A stretch of 64,000 nucleotides of DNA from Candidatus Aminicenantes bacterium (GCA_963813235.1 CAWEYF010000006.1:42916-106915); one strand, 5' to 3'; counted from the stretch's first letter, positions 9,860 through 22,680 are shown. A program made the numbers and translations. Notes: generated by a model not told the origin, from the sequence alone.

Positions 9860-12403
9860 ATGCTCGAGGCGTATCTTCGACAGGAAAAGGAGCGCGGGGA
9901 GATGGGAATCCCGCCGTTGCCCCTGAGTTCCGCCGAGGCGACCGAGGTCTGCGCGGCCCTCGAGTCCGCCCGAGGCGGGGACGGGGCGGCTCTCGTCGAC
10001 CTCCTCCGGGACAGGGTTTCGCCCGGCGTCGACCCGGCGGCGAAGGTCAAGGCCGAATGGCTCGCCCGGGTCGCGTCCGGAGAGGTCGCTGCGCCGGCCG
10101 TTTCCCGGAAGGACGCGGTCTTCATGCTCGGGACGATGCTCGGCGGATACAACGTCGCGCCGCTCGTCTGCCCTCCTCGGGGACCGGGAGTTGGGAGGCG
10201 CCGCGGCCGAAGCCCTGAAGAGGACGATCCTTGTCTACGGCGCTTTCGATGAGGTCGTCAAGATGTCGGGCGGCAACACGAACGCCCGGGCGGTCCTTGA
10301 AGCCTGGGCCGCCGGCGAATGGTTCCTGTCCCGGCCGGCGTTCCCCGAGACCCTGACCCTCAAGGTCTTCAAGGTGGACGGCGAGATCAACACGGATGAC
10401 TTCTCCCCGGCCAAGCACGCCTCCACCCGCCCTGATATTCCCTTACACGCCATGGCCATGGGGGAAACGCGTTTTCCCGGCGGGATCGCGACCATCCGGG
10501 AGTTCCGGGCGGAGGGCCATCGGGTCGCCTTCGCGGGCGACGTCGTCGGGACGGGGTCGTCCCGGAAATCCGCATGTAATTCCGTGATGTGGCACATCGG
10601 CGACGACATCCCGTTCGTCCCGAACAAGAGGAGGGGCGGCGTCGTCCTGGGCGGGCTCATCGCCCCCATCTTCTTCAACACGGCCGAGGATTCGGGCGGC
10701 CTGCCCGTTCAGAAGGTGGACCTGGCCGGCGTGAAGACCGGCGACAGCGTGTTCCTCGACCTGCGCGCCGGAGAGATGCGCTCCCCGTCGGGCGCCGTTC
10801 TCTCAAAGATCGAACTCACGCCCGAGACGATCCCGGACGAGTACAGGGCCGGAGGCAGGTTGAACCTCATCATCGGCAGGCGGCTGACGGACCGGGCGCG
10901 GAAGACGCTCGGGCTGGGCGAAACGGATATCTTCGCCAGGGTCAAGAGCCCGGCGGCGAAGCCCGACCAGGGCTATTCCCAGGCCCAGAAGATCGTGGGA
11001 CGGGCCTGCGGCGTGCCCGGCGTTCTCCCCGGCACAGCCTGCGAGCCGAAGATGACGACCGTCGGCTCCCAGGACACTACGGGGCCGATGACGGCCGACG
11101 AACTCAAGGAGCTGGCCTGCCTCGAGTTCCAGACCGGCCTATTCATGCAGTCGTTCTGCCATACGGCCGCCTATCCGAAGGCGGCGGACGTCCGCATGCA
11201 CAAGAGCCTGCCCATGTTCATGATCGAACGCAAGGGCGTCGCCCTCAAGCCTGGCGACGGCGTCATCCATTCCTGGCTGAACCGCCTGCTCCTGCCGGAC
11301 ACCTGCGGTACCGGTGGGGATTCGCATACCCGGTTCCCCGTCGGGTTGAGCTTTCCGGCGGGCTCCGGCCTTGTGGCCTTTGCCGGGGCCCTGGGATTCA
11401 TGCCCCTGGACATGCCCGAATCGGTCCTCGTTCGTTTTTCGGGAAGCTCAGGCCGGGTGTCACGCTCCGCGACGCCGTCAACGCCATTCCCCTCGCCGCT
11501 ATCCGGAGCGGACTGCTGACGGTCGCCAAGAAGGGGAAGAAGAATGTGTTCAACGGCCGCATCCTGGAGATGGAGGGCCTGGAGGGCCTGACCGTGGAAC
11601 AGGCCTACGAGCTGACGGACGCTTCGGCGGAACGAAGCGCGGCCGGGGGCGTCATCGCCCTCGACACGGAGAAGGTCGCCGCCTTCTTGAGAAGCAACAT
11701 CGCCCTGATGGACCGGATGATCGCGGAGGGCTACCGGGACGCCGGGACGTTGGAGAAACGCATCCGGGCCTGTGAGGCGTGGCTGAAGGACCCGGTCCTC
11801 CTCCGAAGGGACGTTCATGCCGGGTACGCCGCGGTCCTCGAGATAGATCTGGACGGGATTGCGGAGCCCATCCTGGCCTGTCCGAACGACCCGGACGACG
11901 TCAGGCCGCTCTCGGAGGTCGCCGGCGACCGGATCGACGAGGTTTTCATCGGCTCGTGCATGACGAACATCGGCCACTTCCGGGCGGCCGCACGGGTCTT
12001 CGACAAGGCCGGGCCTCTCGGTCCCCGGGTCTGGATGACGCCGCCGACGAAGATGGACGCCGCGCAGCTCATGCGGGAAGGGCTCTATTCCATCTACTCC
12101 CAAGCCGGCGTCCGGATGGAGATTCCTGGGTGTTCGCTCTGCATGGGGAACCAGGCCAGGGTCAGGCCGGGGGCGACGCTTATATCGACCTCCACCCGGA
12201 ACTTCGACGATCGGATGGGGGACGGCGCCCGGGTCTATCTGGGCTCGGCCGAGCTGGCCGCCGTCGCGGCCCTCAAAGGTCGGCTGCCGTCGACGGACGA
12301 GTACTTCGCGGTCATAAAGGAAAAGGTCCTGCCTTTTGCCGCCGAGATCTACCGCTATCTCGAGTTCGACAAGATCAAGGACTTCACTCTGGGATACCCA
12401 TGA
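9860..12403 (+). CDS. acnB: aconitate hydratase B, interrupted by two compensating frameshifts
   Basis: Collinear with E. coli AcnB across three ORF-track pieces (9860.., 10191.. and the C-terminal part of 10589..12403). A +1 shift at about 10169 (PLV|[10 protein letters not shown]) and a -1 shift in a T5 run at about 11436-11440 (VRF|[12 protein letters not shown]). Confidence 0.85.
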
Positions 12404-12448
12404 CCCGGGACGGGCGATCCGTTTCCCGGGCTAATTAAGGGAGGCAAC

Positions 12449-13210
12449 ATGCTCGATATGATAGGACGGAAGGTCCTCGTCACCGGAGGCTCGCGCGGCA
12501 TCGGGCGGGCGACGGCGCTCCTCTTCGCCCGGGCTGGGGCGGACGTCGCCATCAGCTACCAGAGGAACGAAGCCGCCGCCGCGGATGTCCGGGCCGAGGT
12601 GGAGAAGCTCGGGCGTCAATGCCTGGTCCACAAGGCCGAGCTTTCGTCGAAAAAGGACGTGGACGAGATGGTGAACGGCATCCTGAGGGCCTGGGGCACC
12701 CTCGACACGGCGGTCAACAACGGCGGCGTCTGGACCTATCTCGAGATGGGAGCCATGGACGAAGCCGTTTACCAGGAGCTGATGGGCGCCAATCTTGACG
12801 GCGCCTTTTATGTCACGAACGCCGTCGTTCCCTCGATGAAGGCCCAGGGGAGGGGGTGGATCGTCAACGTGGCGTCGACCGCGGCCGTCCGGGGCGAGGC
12901 CTACCATTCCCACTATGCGGCCAGCAAGGGGGCGCTCGTCGCGCTGACGAAATCCCTCGCCGTCGAGCTCGCCCCGCACGGCATCCGCGTGAATTGCGTG
13001 GCTCCGGGCTGGGTGGACACGGACATGTGCACGGGCGTCTTCAGCGAGCCCGGCTACCGGGAGAAGGTCCGGCAGTCGATCCCCCTCAAAAGGATCCCGC
13101 CCCCGGAGGATATCGCCGGCCCGATCCTCTTCATGGCCTCGAACCTGGCCGTCCATATCACCGGCGAGACATTGAACGTCAACGGCGGTTCCGTCCTTTG
13201 CGGCGGGTGA
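12449..13210 (+). CDS. SDR-family oxidoreductase (FabG-like 3-oxoacyl reductase)
   Basis: TGGSRGIGRATALLF cofactor motif and the YxxxK catalytic region, 253 aa. Confidence 0.8.
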   Translation: MLDMIGRKVLVTGGSRGIGRATALLFARAGADVAISYQRNEAAAADVRAEVEKLGRQCLVHKAELSSKKDVDEMVNGILRAWGTLDTAVNNGGVWTYLEMGAMDEAVYQELMGANLDGAFYVTNAVVPSMKAQGRGWIVNVASTAAVRGEAYHSHYAASKGALVALTKSLAVELAPHGIRVNCVAPGWVDTDMCTGVFSEPGYREKVRQSIPLKRIPPPEDIAGPILFMASNLAVHITGETLNVNGGSVLCGG

Positions 13211-13367
13211 GCGGACTTGCCAAGAACGGCCGTTTCTGCTATCATTACGCATAATTCGCCTTCGGTGAAGGCGTCGGGAAAGGGTCGTCGCGGGAGGTTC
13301 CGGGTCGAAAAAAGGCTTGACACGGATTTTTGCGCTGTGGTAAGCAAAGAAAGCATAAGAAGAATAT

Positions 13368-14261
13368 ATGCCTAAAAAGTTCTTCTCGATCATCGTCGTT
13401 CCGCACTCGAAGACCAACACCAGGACCCTCTCGTTCTCCAAGAGGGCCCTGAAGTTCCTGGTCGGCGGGTCCGGCCTCGCCGTCCTCGTCCTCGGGATCT
13501 TTCTGGCGGACTATTTCTCGATGACCTTCATCAGGACCAAATACCGGACTCTCGTCCGGGAGAACTCGGAGCAGAAGGAACGGATCGCCGAGACCGAGAA
13601 TACCATCAAGCGCCTCGAGGCGACGGTCGCGAACTACGAGAATTATGCCCGCAAGCTCAACATCCTGATGGGCTTCAAGTCGGCCGACGTCATCCCGGGC
13701 GAGCCCGGCATCGGGGGAGGCGACCTGGGCGAGGGCGGCGAACCCCAATCCCTCCCGGCGAACCTTTCCCCGAGCGCCATGCAGAACCTGGCCGTCAAGG
13801 CCGAGAACGTGGAGAAGAACCTCGACTCGCTCGTCGGCATGCTCGAGAGCCAGGCGGCCCGATTGGCCTCGACCCCGACCATCTGGCCGGCCCAGGGATG
13901 GGTATCCTCGCCGTTCGGCTACCGGATCGACCCGTTCACCGGGAGGCGGACCTTCCACCGGGGCATCGACATCGCGACGAACTTCGGGAACCCCGTGGCC
14001 GCGGCGGCCGACGGGAGCGTGACGGAGGCCGCCTACGATAAGTTCTTCGGGAATACCGTGATCATCAGCCACGGGAACGGCGTGGTCACCCAGTACTGTC
14101 ACCTCGAAAAATTCGTCGTCAAGCCGGGACAGAAAGTCCGCCGCGGCGATATCCTCGGCACCGTGGGCAAGACCGGGAAAGCCTTGGGTCCCCACCTCCA
14201 TTATGAGGTCCACATCAACGACACGGCCGTCAATCCCTACAATTACATCCTCGAAGAATAA
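13368..14261 (+). CDS. M23-family peptidoglycan metalloendopeptidase with an N-terminal TM helix and coiled coil
   Basis: HRGIDIA (HxxxD) and HLHYEV (HxH) Zn ligands are both intact. Coiled-coil segment ENSEQKERIAETENTIKRLEATVANYENYARKLN. Confidence 0.8.
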   Translation: MPKKFFSIIVVPHSKTNTRTLSFSKRALKFLVGGSGLAVLVLGIFLADYFSMTFIRTKYRTLVRENSEQKERIAETENTIKRLEATVANYENYARKLNILMGFKSADVIPGEPGIGGGDLGEGGEPQSLPANLSPSAMQNLAVKAENVEKNLDSLVGMLESQAARLASTPTIWPAQGWVSSPFGYRIDPFTGRRTFHRGIDIATNFGNPVAAAADGSVTEAAYDKFFGNTVIISHGNGVVTQYCHLEKFVVKPGQKVRRGDILGTVGKTGKALGPHLHYEVHINDTAVNPYNYILEE

Positions 14262-14766
14262 TCGCGTCGTTCGTTCCGTCCAACATTCTCGTCATTTTGG
14301 TCTTTGCCCACTCAGGACTCGGGTCCTCTTGCCATGATGCCAATGAGGTCTTTGCAAAGGGCTTTGCTCCCGGCTCCGGTCCAGATCGCCTTCGACTCGC
14401 GACCGTCTCGGCTCCTCGGGCCCAAGACTCGAGGCACATCTAAATAGCTATGGAAACCCATCCTCCGAGCCTTGGACCCTCGGAGGCCCGGAGGCTGCCC
14501 TCGTCCGCCGCTCGTCTCAGGCTGACCTCCGCATGGTCGCTGCAGCCCTTTGTCAAAGCCCTCCCATCACGGGACTGAGCGTGATCGCCGCTTTCACGGT
14601 GACACGTCCCGAATCTTTGTATTTCTTAACTCCCCCAACCCCCTCGAGGATCTCAAGGGGGATTCGGAGAAGGTCCGTGTCACCGGCAGAGGTCGGAGGG
14701 GATGTCCCCGAGTCCTGAGAAGGCGATCCCCGCTTCATGACTGTCGTAGGCCGGGAACAACGACGC

Positions 14767-15706
14767 TTAGGCGGGATCAAAGGTATCGCCGGGGCGGACG
14801 TTGCCGCCCAGGGCAAATGCATGAGCATCCATCTCGGACTTGCCTTCGGGATGCAGGCGCTCGATGCGATAGACCGTGCCGCCGCCGCAGGCGACGTCCA
14901 AGCCGAACTTTCCGACGGCGATGACCGTACCCGGCTTCAACGACCCGGAGGCGGCGTCCGACGGAAGCCCGAGCCGGACCTGGAGCCTGACCCCTCCGAG
15001 GAAGGTGAAGGCGGTGGGCCAGGGGTCGAACGCCCGCACTTTCCGGTCGATCGCTCTCGCGTCCGCTGCCCAGTCGATAAGGCCGTCCTCTTTATGGAGT
15101 TTCGGGGCAAGGGTCGCTTCCGCGTGGTTCTGGGGGACACGACGGGCGGTGTCGATATCCGCGAGCGTCCTCACCATGAGATCGGCACCCATCCCGGCAA
15201 GCCGCGATTCCAGCTCGCGGGCGGTTTCCCGAGGTCCGATGTCGGTCGCTTCCATGGCCAGGACGTCGCCTTCGTCCATGCGCTCGTTGAGTTCAAAGAT
15301 GGTGACCCCGGTCCTCGTTTCCCCCCTGAGGATGGCCCAGGAGACGGGCGAGGCGCCCCGATATCGCGGCAGGAGCGAGAAATGGACGTTCAGGGAACGG
15401 TAGCGGGGAAGGTCGATGACCGGGACGGGCATGATCTGGCCGTAGGCGACGACGACATTGACGTCGGGCCGGGCGGCCGCGAGCCTTTCGAGAAAGCCTT
15501 CGTCCTTTCGGACCCGGGCGGGCTGGATGGCCGGCAGGCCCCTCTCCGCGGCGAACCGTTTCACCGGGCACGGCGTCAGCCTTCCGGCCGCGGCCGGCGG
15601 GTTTATCGGGTTGGGTAACGACGAGCTCGATGGAATGGCCCGCCTCGAGGAGCCGCCGGAGGGAGGGGAGGGCCGCTTCCGGGCTTCCGAAGAAGACGAT
15701 CCTCAT
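14767..15706 (-). CDS. fmt: methionyl-tRNA formyltransferase with an apparent +1 frameshift near 15569
   Basis: N-terminal piece [42 protein letters not shown] (ORF 15293..15706) continues in another frame as [20 protein letters not shown]... (ORF 14767..15564). Collinear with E. coli Fmt. Confidence 0.8.
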
Positions 15707-16218
15707 CGGGCGCCGTTCGCTTCCCGCTGTTTCCGGATCTTCTTTTTCACCAACGCGCGCTTGAGCGGGGACAGGCGCTCGATGAAGAGCTTCCCGTCGA
15801 GATGATCGATCTCGTGACAGAGGGCCCTGGCCAGCATGTCCTCTCCCTCGATGGACGTCTCCCGGCCTTCGAGGTCCAGGCCTTTGACCCGGACCCGGTA
15901 GGGCCGGGCGACCTTTTCGTTGATGTCGGGGACGGAAAGGCAGCCTTCCTCGCAGACGACCTGGCCCTCATGGGCGACGATCTCGGGGTTGACGAGGATG
16001 ATCAGATCGTCGGGGTTCTCGCCGACCGACAGGTCGACGACGATCAGACGCCGGCTGACGTCGACCTGGGGGGCCGCCAGGCCGATGCCCGGGGCGGCAT
16101 GCAGGGTTTCCACCATATCCCCGGCCAGTCGGACGAGGCCCTCGTCGATCGCCGTCACGGGATCGGCCTTCCGGGTCAGCGTCGGGTGGCCTATTTTCAG
16201 GATCTCGAGGATAGCCAT
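15703..16218 (-). CDS. def: peptide deformylase
   Basis: [14 protein letters not shown] and HEIDHL motifs present. 4-nt overlap with fmt (def-fmt operon). Confidence 0.9.
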   Translation of the reverse strand: MAILEILKIGHPTLTRKADPVTAIDEGLVRLAGDMVETLHAAPGIGLAAPQVDVSRRLIVVDLSVGENPDDLIILVNPEIVAHEGQVVCEEGCLSVPDINEKVARPYRVRVKGLDLEGRETSIEGEDMLARALCHEIDHLDGKLFIERLSPLKRALVKKKIRKQREANGAR

Positions 16219-16281
16219 GGAACACGCCCCTGCGGTTCCATTTTAGACGAAGCCCGCCCCTTGTTCAAGAGACCCGGGATC

Positions 16282-18307
16282 CTAGATGACCGCCGACGGC
16301 GGCGGCGGCTCATCGGGCGCGCCGGCGTTCTTCAGGGGAACGGCGACGAGATAGAATCCGATCAGGACGAGCACGGCGATCCCCAGCAGATAGCTCGGGT
16401 TCTTGAAGATCGTCGGGATGTCGAACCCGATGACCTTCTGGAAGAACAGGAACTTCCATAGGGCGCGAAGCAGACCGGTCAGGGCCTCGCCGGCGATCAG
16501 CCCGGCCGCGAGCAGAATGCCGACGTTCTCCGTCCGCGCCTTCTGGGCCGGGTTGAGCTTCCGCTTGTCGGCGAACCGGTTGACGAGCCCCTTGATCATG
16601 CCGCCGCAGAAGATGGCGAACGTCGTCTCGAGGGGCAGGTACATGCCGACGGCGACGAGCATGGGCGAGCTGACCTTGACCAGGATCAGGGCGAAGCCCA
16701 TCAGCATGCCGACGATGACCAGCGGCCAGGCCATCTCGCCGCCGACGATGCCCTTGGACAGGGCGGCCATGAGGCCGGCCTGGGGCGCGGGCAGGTCCTT
16801 CCCTCCCAGCTTGAAGGCCCCGATGAGGACCATCAGCGGGAAATAGAGGACCATCGAGGCGACGAGGACGCCGAAGATGTTCCCGACCTGCATCTTCCAG
16901 GGCGTGCCGCCGAGGAGATGCCCGACCTTGAGGTCCTGAAGCATCTCCCCGGCGACGGCCGAGGAGACGCAGACGACCGCGGCGACGCCGAGGACGGCGG
17001 CGACGCCGCTCGGGCCGGTCGCCCCGATGACGACCATGAGCAGGGCGGCGATGATGAGCGTCGATAGGGTCAAGCCCGAGATCGGGTTGTTGGAGGAGCC
17101 GATCGTCCCGACCAGGTTGCCGGACACGGCGGCGAAGAAGAACCCGGCCACCGCCATGACGCCGGCGGCCAGGAGGGCCGGCGGGAAGGTCCCGGTGAAC
17201 ATCTTGTAGACGAAGACCATCATGACGAACACGGCCACGAGGCCGCCGAGGACGAGCTTGATGTTGAGGTCCTTTTCGAGGCGGGACGTGACCTCGACCT
17301 GGCCGGCGGCCTTCTTGACGTCGCCCATGGAGCGCTTGATGCCGGCGGCGAGGTTCTTCCGCATCTTGATAGAGCGTGTAGCCGGCGCCGACGAGCATGC
17401 CGCCGACGGCGATCGGCCGGATGATGAACTTCCAGACGTTGGTGACCATATCCGGCCAGGCGACCGCGGCCATGTCCGCGCCCGGCCCATAGAACCGTTC
17501 GATGAGCTGCGGACCGAGGAAGTACATGAGCAGGGGCGCGAAGAGCCCCCAGGCGAGGACGCCGCCGGCGAAGTTGAGCGACGCCAGTCGCGGGCCGATG
17601 ATGTAGCCGACGCCGAGGTAGGCGGGGTAGATGCCGGGGCCGGCGACGGCCACGGTGCCGCCGACGTCGAGCTTCGGGGAGGTCGGATCGGCCCCAACGC
17701 GGACGAAGCTCGAGCCCATCGTCCCGACCTTCAGGATGAACTCCTTGCTGGCCGCGAAGAGCTGGACGACGCCGAGGGCGTAGAGCAGGGACCCGAAACC
17801 CATGGCCTGGAAGAGGAACTTGGCGCCCGCGCTGCCCTTCTGGCCGGCCTTGTGGATCTCGGCCGCCGCGACGGACTCGGGGAAGGGGAGGTCGGGGTCG
17901 GTGACCATGACCCGGCGGAGGAACGTGACGAAGAGGATGCCGAGCAGGCCGCCGACGAACATCAAGAGGGTCGATTTGATGTAGGCGTCGACCGTGTTGA
18001 AATTCGTCCAGGCGCCGACGATCAGAAAGGCCGGGATGGTGAAGATGGCCCCGGCGGCGACGGACTCGCCGATCGAGCCCACGGTCCGGGCGATGTTCTC
18101 CTCGAGGATGGAGCCCTTCATCAGGCGGAGGACGGCCATGCCGATGACCGCGGCCGGGTAGGTGGCCGCGATGGTCATGCCGGCCCTCAGGCCGAGATAG
18201 GCGTTCGCCGCTCCGAGGATGACGGTCATGAAGACGCCGAGGATGAGCGCCCGCAGGGTGAACTCCCTCATCTCGGTCTTTTCGGGGACGTAGGGTTGAT
18301 GGCTCAT
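16282..18307 (-). CDS. OPT-family oligopeptide transporter with an apparent +1 frameshift near 17370
   Basis: ORFs 16310..18373 and 16282..17697 are collinear pieces of one OPT transporter (...GAGYTLY|KMRKNLAAGIKRS...). Start trimmed to the ATG at 18307, preceded by AAGGAGAG. Confidence 0.75.
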
Positions 18308-18431
18308 CGGGCTCTCCTTGCCGGTGGATTTATCCGAAGTTAATGTATAAGGGAATTCCCGGGGAGAAGTCAAGCGGGACGGCGATGACGCCGGCCGGGC
18401 GGGGACGCTGCCGATAATTGGGAGAACGCTG

Positions 18432-18460
18432 TTGCCGGAATCGATAAATTGTGCTAAATA
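18432..18460 (+). promoter_or_regulatory. candidate sigma70 promoter for mreB
   Basis: TTGCCG (18432-18437), a 17-nt spacer, then TGcTAAATA extended -10 (18452-18460), about 30 nt upstream of the mreB start. Confidence 0.3.
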
Positions 18461-18489
18461 TGTGATTTTGTGAAAAGAAGGACAAGCCC

Positions 18490-19521
<1,032 letters not shown>

Positions 19522-19541
19522 GCCGGGATCCAAAGAGGTCC

Positions 19542-20379
19542 ATGCCCTCGTTCTGGAAGGACAGGAAGAACGCCATCGTCATCGGCGCCTTTGTCTTTGC
19601 CAACCTCGTCATCATCTCCCTCCAGGTCCCGTTGGGGAGCGAACGGACGCTCTTCGAGAGGGGCGTCTTCGCTGTCTTCGCCCCCGTCCAGAGATTGGCG
19701 GTGGGGGCTGCGCTCCGCCGTTTCCGGCTCCTGGAAGGGGTATTTCCGGCTCCGGGGTATCCGGGCCGAGAACCAGAAGCTCCTCAAGGAGCTCTTCTTC
19801 GCCCGCCAGGAGAACTTCTTCCTCCGGGAGCGCCTGCGCTTCCTCCAGGGCGAGGCGAAGATCCGGGAGAACCTGGCCGCCATCCGGAAGACCTTTGTCG
19901 CGGCCCGGGTCGTCGGCATGGACGCGAGCGACCCGTTCAGGTCCATCGTCATCAATCGGGGCGCCGCGGACGGCGTCCGGGCGAACATGGCCGTCTGCGA
20001 CCGGGACGGCAATCTCGTCGGGAGGGTCGTGGAGCCCGTCTCCCTCCGGGAGGCGAAGGTCCAGCTCATCACGGATGCCGAGGCCGGCGTGAGTGTCATC
20101 TCCGGGACGGACCGGATCGTCGGCGTCCTGGCGGGCGACGGCGGCGGAGGCTGCCGGCTACGCTATGTGATGAACACGACCCCCGGCGGGAAGGAAGGGG
20201 AGGAGCTCCTCACGACCGGGTTCGACAGGCTCTTCCCCCCGGGGATCCGGGTCGGCCGGATCACGTCCGTCCTCCTGGACGCCACCCTGTTCAAGACGAT
20301 CCGGGTCGCCCCCTTCTTCCGTTTCAATGACCTGGACCAGGTGGCGGTGATCACCGAACGGTTCGAGGAGTTGTTCTGA
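19542..20379 (+). CDS. mreC: rod shape-determining protein MreC with an apparent frameshift near 19705-19715
   Basis: N-terminal TM piece in frame 0 (19542..). The coiled-coil and beta domain continue in frame 1 (GYFRLRGIRAENQKLLKE...GVLAGDGGGGCRLRYV...). Confidence 0.8.
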
Positions 20380-20380
20380 G

Positions 20381-20872
20381 ATGAGGGGGATCCTGAAGGA
20401 CGTCCTGGAGGCCGCGGCCGCCATCCTGGCGGCGTTCCTCCTCTATAGCCTCGCGGGACGGGCGTACCCCCCCCTCGTGCTTGTCTTCAACGCCTTCTCC
20501 CTGGTCGTCATCCTTTTCGCCGTTTGGAAAGGCGAAGTCTTCGGGGCCGTTCTCGGGACCGCCTGCGGGCTCCTCCAGGATTCGTTCTCGCTCGGCGTCT
20601 TCGGGATCGCCGGACTTTCCAAGACCCTGCTGGGCGCCGCGGCGGGATTCGTCTCGAAGAAGATGCAGATCGGCCCGGCGCTCCGCAGCTTCGTCTTCGT
20701 CTTCGTCTGTTCGGCCGGCGAGCTGGCCGTCTGGACCGTCCTCTATAACCTCGTCTTCTCCCGGAAGATGGCCTCCGGGAACGCGCTGGTCCTTTTCCAG
20801 CCCCTGGCGACGGCCGCCCTCGGGAGCGCGATCTTCACGCTCGCCCGGAGACTCAAGGCCCCCAAGTCGTAG
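20381..20872 (+). CDS. mreD: rod shape-determining protein MreD
   Basis: 163 aa, 5 TM helices, positioned between mreC and mrdA. Confidence 0.7.
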   Translation: MRGILKDVLEAAAAILAAFLLYSLAGRAYPPLVLVFNAFSLVVILFAVWKGEVFGAVLGTACGLLQDSFSLGVFGIAGLSKTLLGAAAGFVSKKMQIGPALRSFVFVFVCSAGELAVWTVLYNLVFSRKMASGNALVLFQPLATAALGSAIFTLARRLKAPKS

Positions 20873-20880
20873 GATCGCCG

Positions 20881-22680
20881 ATGTTCAAGAAGGACAGGAT
20901 CTACGAGGACCTTTCGCTCATCCTCCTGCGCGTCCGGATCACCTTCATTGTCGTAGGCATTTTGTTCGCTCTTCTCCTCGCGTACTACTGGAAGATCCAG
21001 GTCCTCGACCATCAGAAATACTGGCGGATGTCCGAGGCCAACCGGCTCAGGGAACGGGCGCTCCCGGCCCCCCGCGGGGTCATCACCGACCGGAGCGGCC
21101 GGATCATCCTCGCCGACAACGCGGCCGGGTTCAAGGTCTCGATCATCCGGGAGAACATCAAGGATTTTGCGAGGACCTGCCGGGACATCGCCCGCCTGCT
21201 GGGAATCTCCGAAGACGACCTCAAGGCCCGGATCGAAAAGTACCGGGACACCCCCTCCTTCGAGCCTATCGTAGTCAAGGATGGCTTGACCACGGAAGAG
21301 GTCGCCCGGATCGAGGCCCGGAGGTCGGATTTTCCCGAGCTCGAAGTGGGGATCGAGCCTCGGCGATGGTATCCGTTCGGGTCGTCGACGGCCCATGTCC
21401 TCGGCTATCTCCAGGAGATATCCCCCGACGAGATTCGGTCCGAATCGGGCCGGGACCGGCGGATGGGGGAGATGATCGGAAAGACGGGCATCGAGCGGCA
21501 GTACGAAGAAACCTTGCGTGGTGTGGATGGCCGCCTGCTCGAGGTCGTCGACAGCCTCGGCAAGAGCCGCGGGGAGATGGCCCGGGAGGAACCGAAACGG
21601 GGCAGGAGCATGCGACTGACCTTGGATTTCGATCTCCAGAAGATGGCCGAGGAGGGCCTCGAGGGCAGGGAGGGTGCCGTCGTCGTCCTGGACCCGAAGA
21701 ACGGGGACGTCCTCGCCCTGGCCAGCTATCCGAACTTCGACCCTGCCCGGTTCATCAACCGATTCACCCCGGAGGAATGGATGAGCCTGGTCGGCGACCC
21801 GAGCTTCCCTCTCGAGAACCGGGCGATCCGCGGTCTTTACTCGCCGGGCTCCATCTTCAAGATCGTCATGGCCCTGGCCGGTCTTGACGCGGGCTACGTG
21901 AACCCGGAAACGACTGTTTTTTGCAGCGGGAGCAAGGAGATCTACGGGACGGTCCGCTCGTGCGGGTTCAAGCCAGGGCACGGCTCGATGAACCTGACCA
22001 ACGCCATCAAGAACTCGTGCAACATCTATTTCTATACGCTGGGGCAGAGGATGGGCATCGTGCCCATCGCCTCCTACGCCCGGATGCTGGGCCTCGGGCG
22101 GAAGACGGGCATCGACATCCCGGGCGAGAAGGATGGCCTCGTCCCCGATCCGGACTGGAAGCAAAAGACGACCGGGGCCGTCTGGTATCGCGGTGAGACC
22201 ATCTCGGTCGCGATCGGCCAAGGACCGCTTCTCGCCACCCCGCTCCAGATCGCGGAGATGACGGCCTGCGTCGCGAACAGGGGAGTCCCGGTGGTCCCCC
22301 GGCTCGCGGCGGCCGAGGGCGTTCCGGGGATCGCGGGGGACCGGGTCGCCGTGAAGAGGAGCGCCTTCGAATCGGTCATCAGGGGTATGTGGATGTCGGT
22401 CAACGCCGAGGGGACCGGACGCGGGGCGCGCGTCGAAGGCTTCGACGTCTGCGGAAAGACGGGGTCCACCCAATGGATCGGCAAAGAACGGGCCGAAAGG
22501 CTCGCCCAGCAGGGCCGGGAGGTCAAGAAGACACACTCCTGGTTCTCGGGCTTCGCCCCGATGTCGGACCCGAAGGTCGTGGTCACGGTCCTCGTCGAGT
22601 TCGGCGGGGGCGGCGGGACCGCCGCCGCGCCACTGGCCGGCCAGATCTTCGATCTGTACAGGAAGAAATATGATCGATAG
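20881..22680 (+). CDS. mrdA: penicillin-binding protein 2 (elongasome transpeptidase)
   Basis: 599 aa, N-terminal TM, PBP dimerisation domain, then SxxK (LYSPGSIFK), SCN and KTGS transpeptidase motifs. Confidence 0.9.
   Translation: MFKKDRIYEDLSLILLRVRITFIVVGILFALLLAYYWKIQVLDHQKYWRMSEANRLRERALPAPRGVITDRSGRIILADNAAGFKVSIIRENIKDFARTCRDIARLLGISEDDLKARIEKYRDTPSFEPIVVKDGLTTEEVARIEARRSDFPELEVGIEPRRWYPFGSSTAHVLGYLQEISPDEIRSESGRDRRMGEMIGKTGIERQYEETLRGVDGRLLEVVDSLGKSRGEMAREEPKRGRSMRLTLDFDLQKMAEEGLEGREGAVVVLDPKNGDVLALASYPNFDPARFINRFTPEEWMSLVGDPSFPLENRAIRGLYSPGSIFKIVMALAGLDAGYVNPETTVFCSGSKEIYGTVRSCGFKPGHGSMNLTNAIKNSCNIYFYTLGQRMGIVPIASYARMLGLGRKTGIDIPGEKDGLVPDPDWKQKTTGAVWYRGETISVAIGQGPLLATPLQIAEMTACVANRGVPVVPRLAAAEGVPGIAGDRVAVKRSAFESVIRGMWMSVNAEGTGRGARVEGFDVCGKTGSTQWIGKERAERLAQQGREVKKTHSWFSGFAPMSDPKVVVTVLVEFGGGGGTAAAPLAGQIFDLYRKKYDR

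Noticed and set aside
10589-10900. N-terminal part of ORF 10589..12403 (MAHRRRHP...), and the overlapping ORFs 9808..10218 and 10122..10418.
   Set aside because: Out-of-frame read-through. In this interval the AcnB-homologous frame is that of ORF 10191..11519. Only the portion after about 11438 of the 10589 ORF is real.
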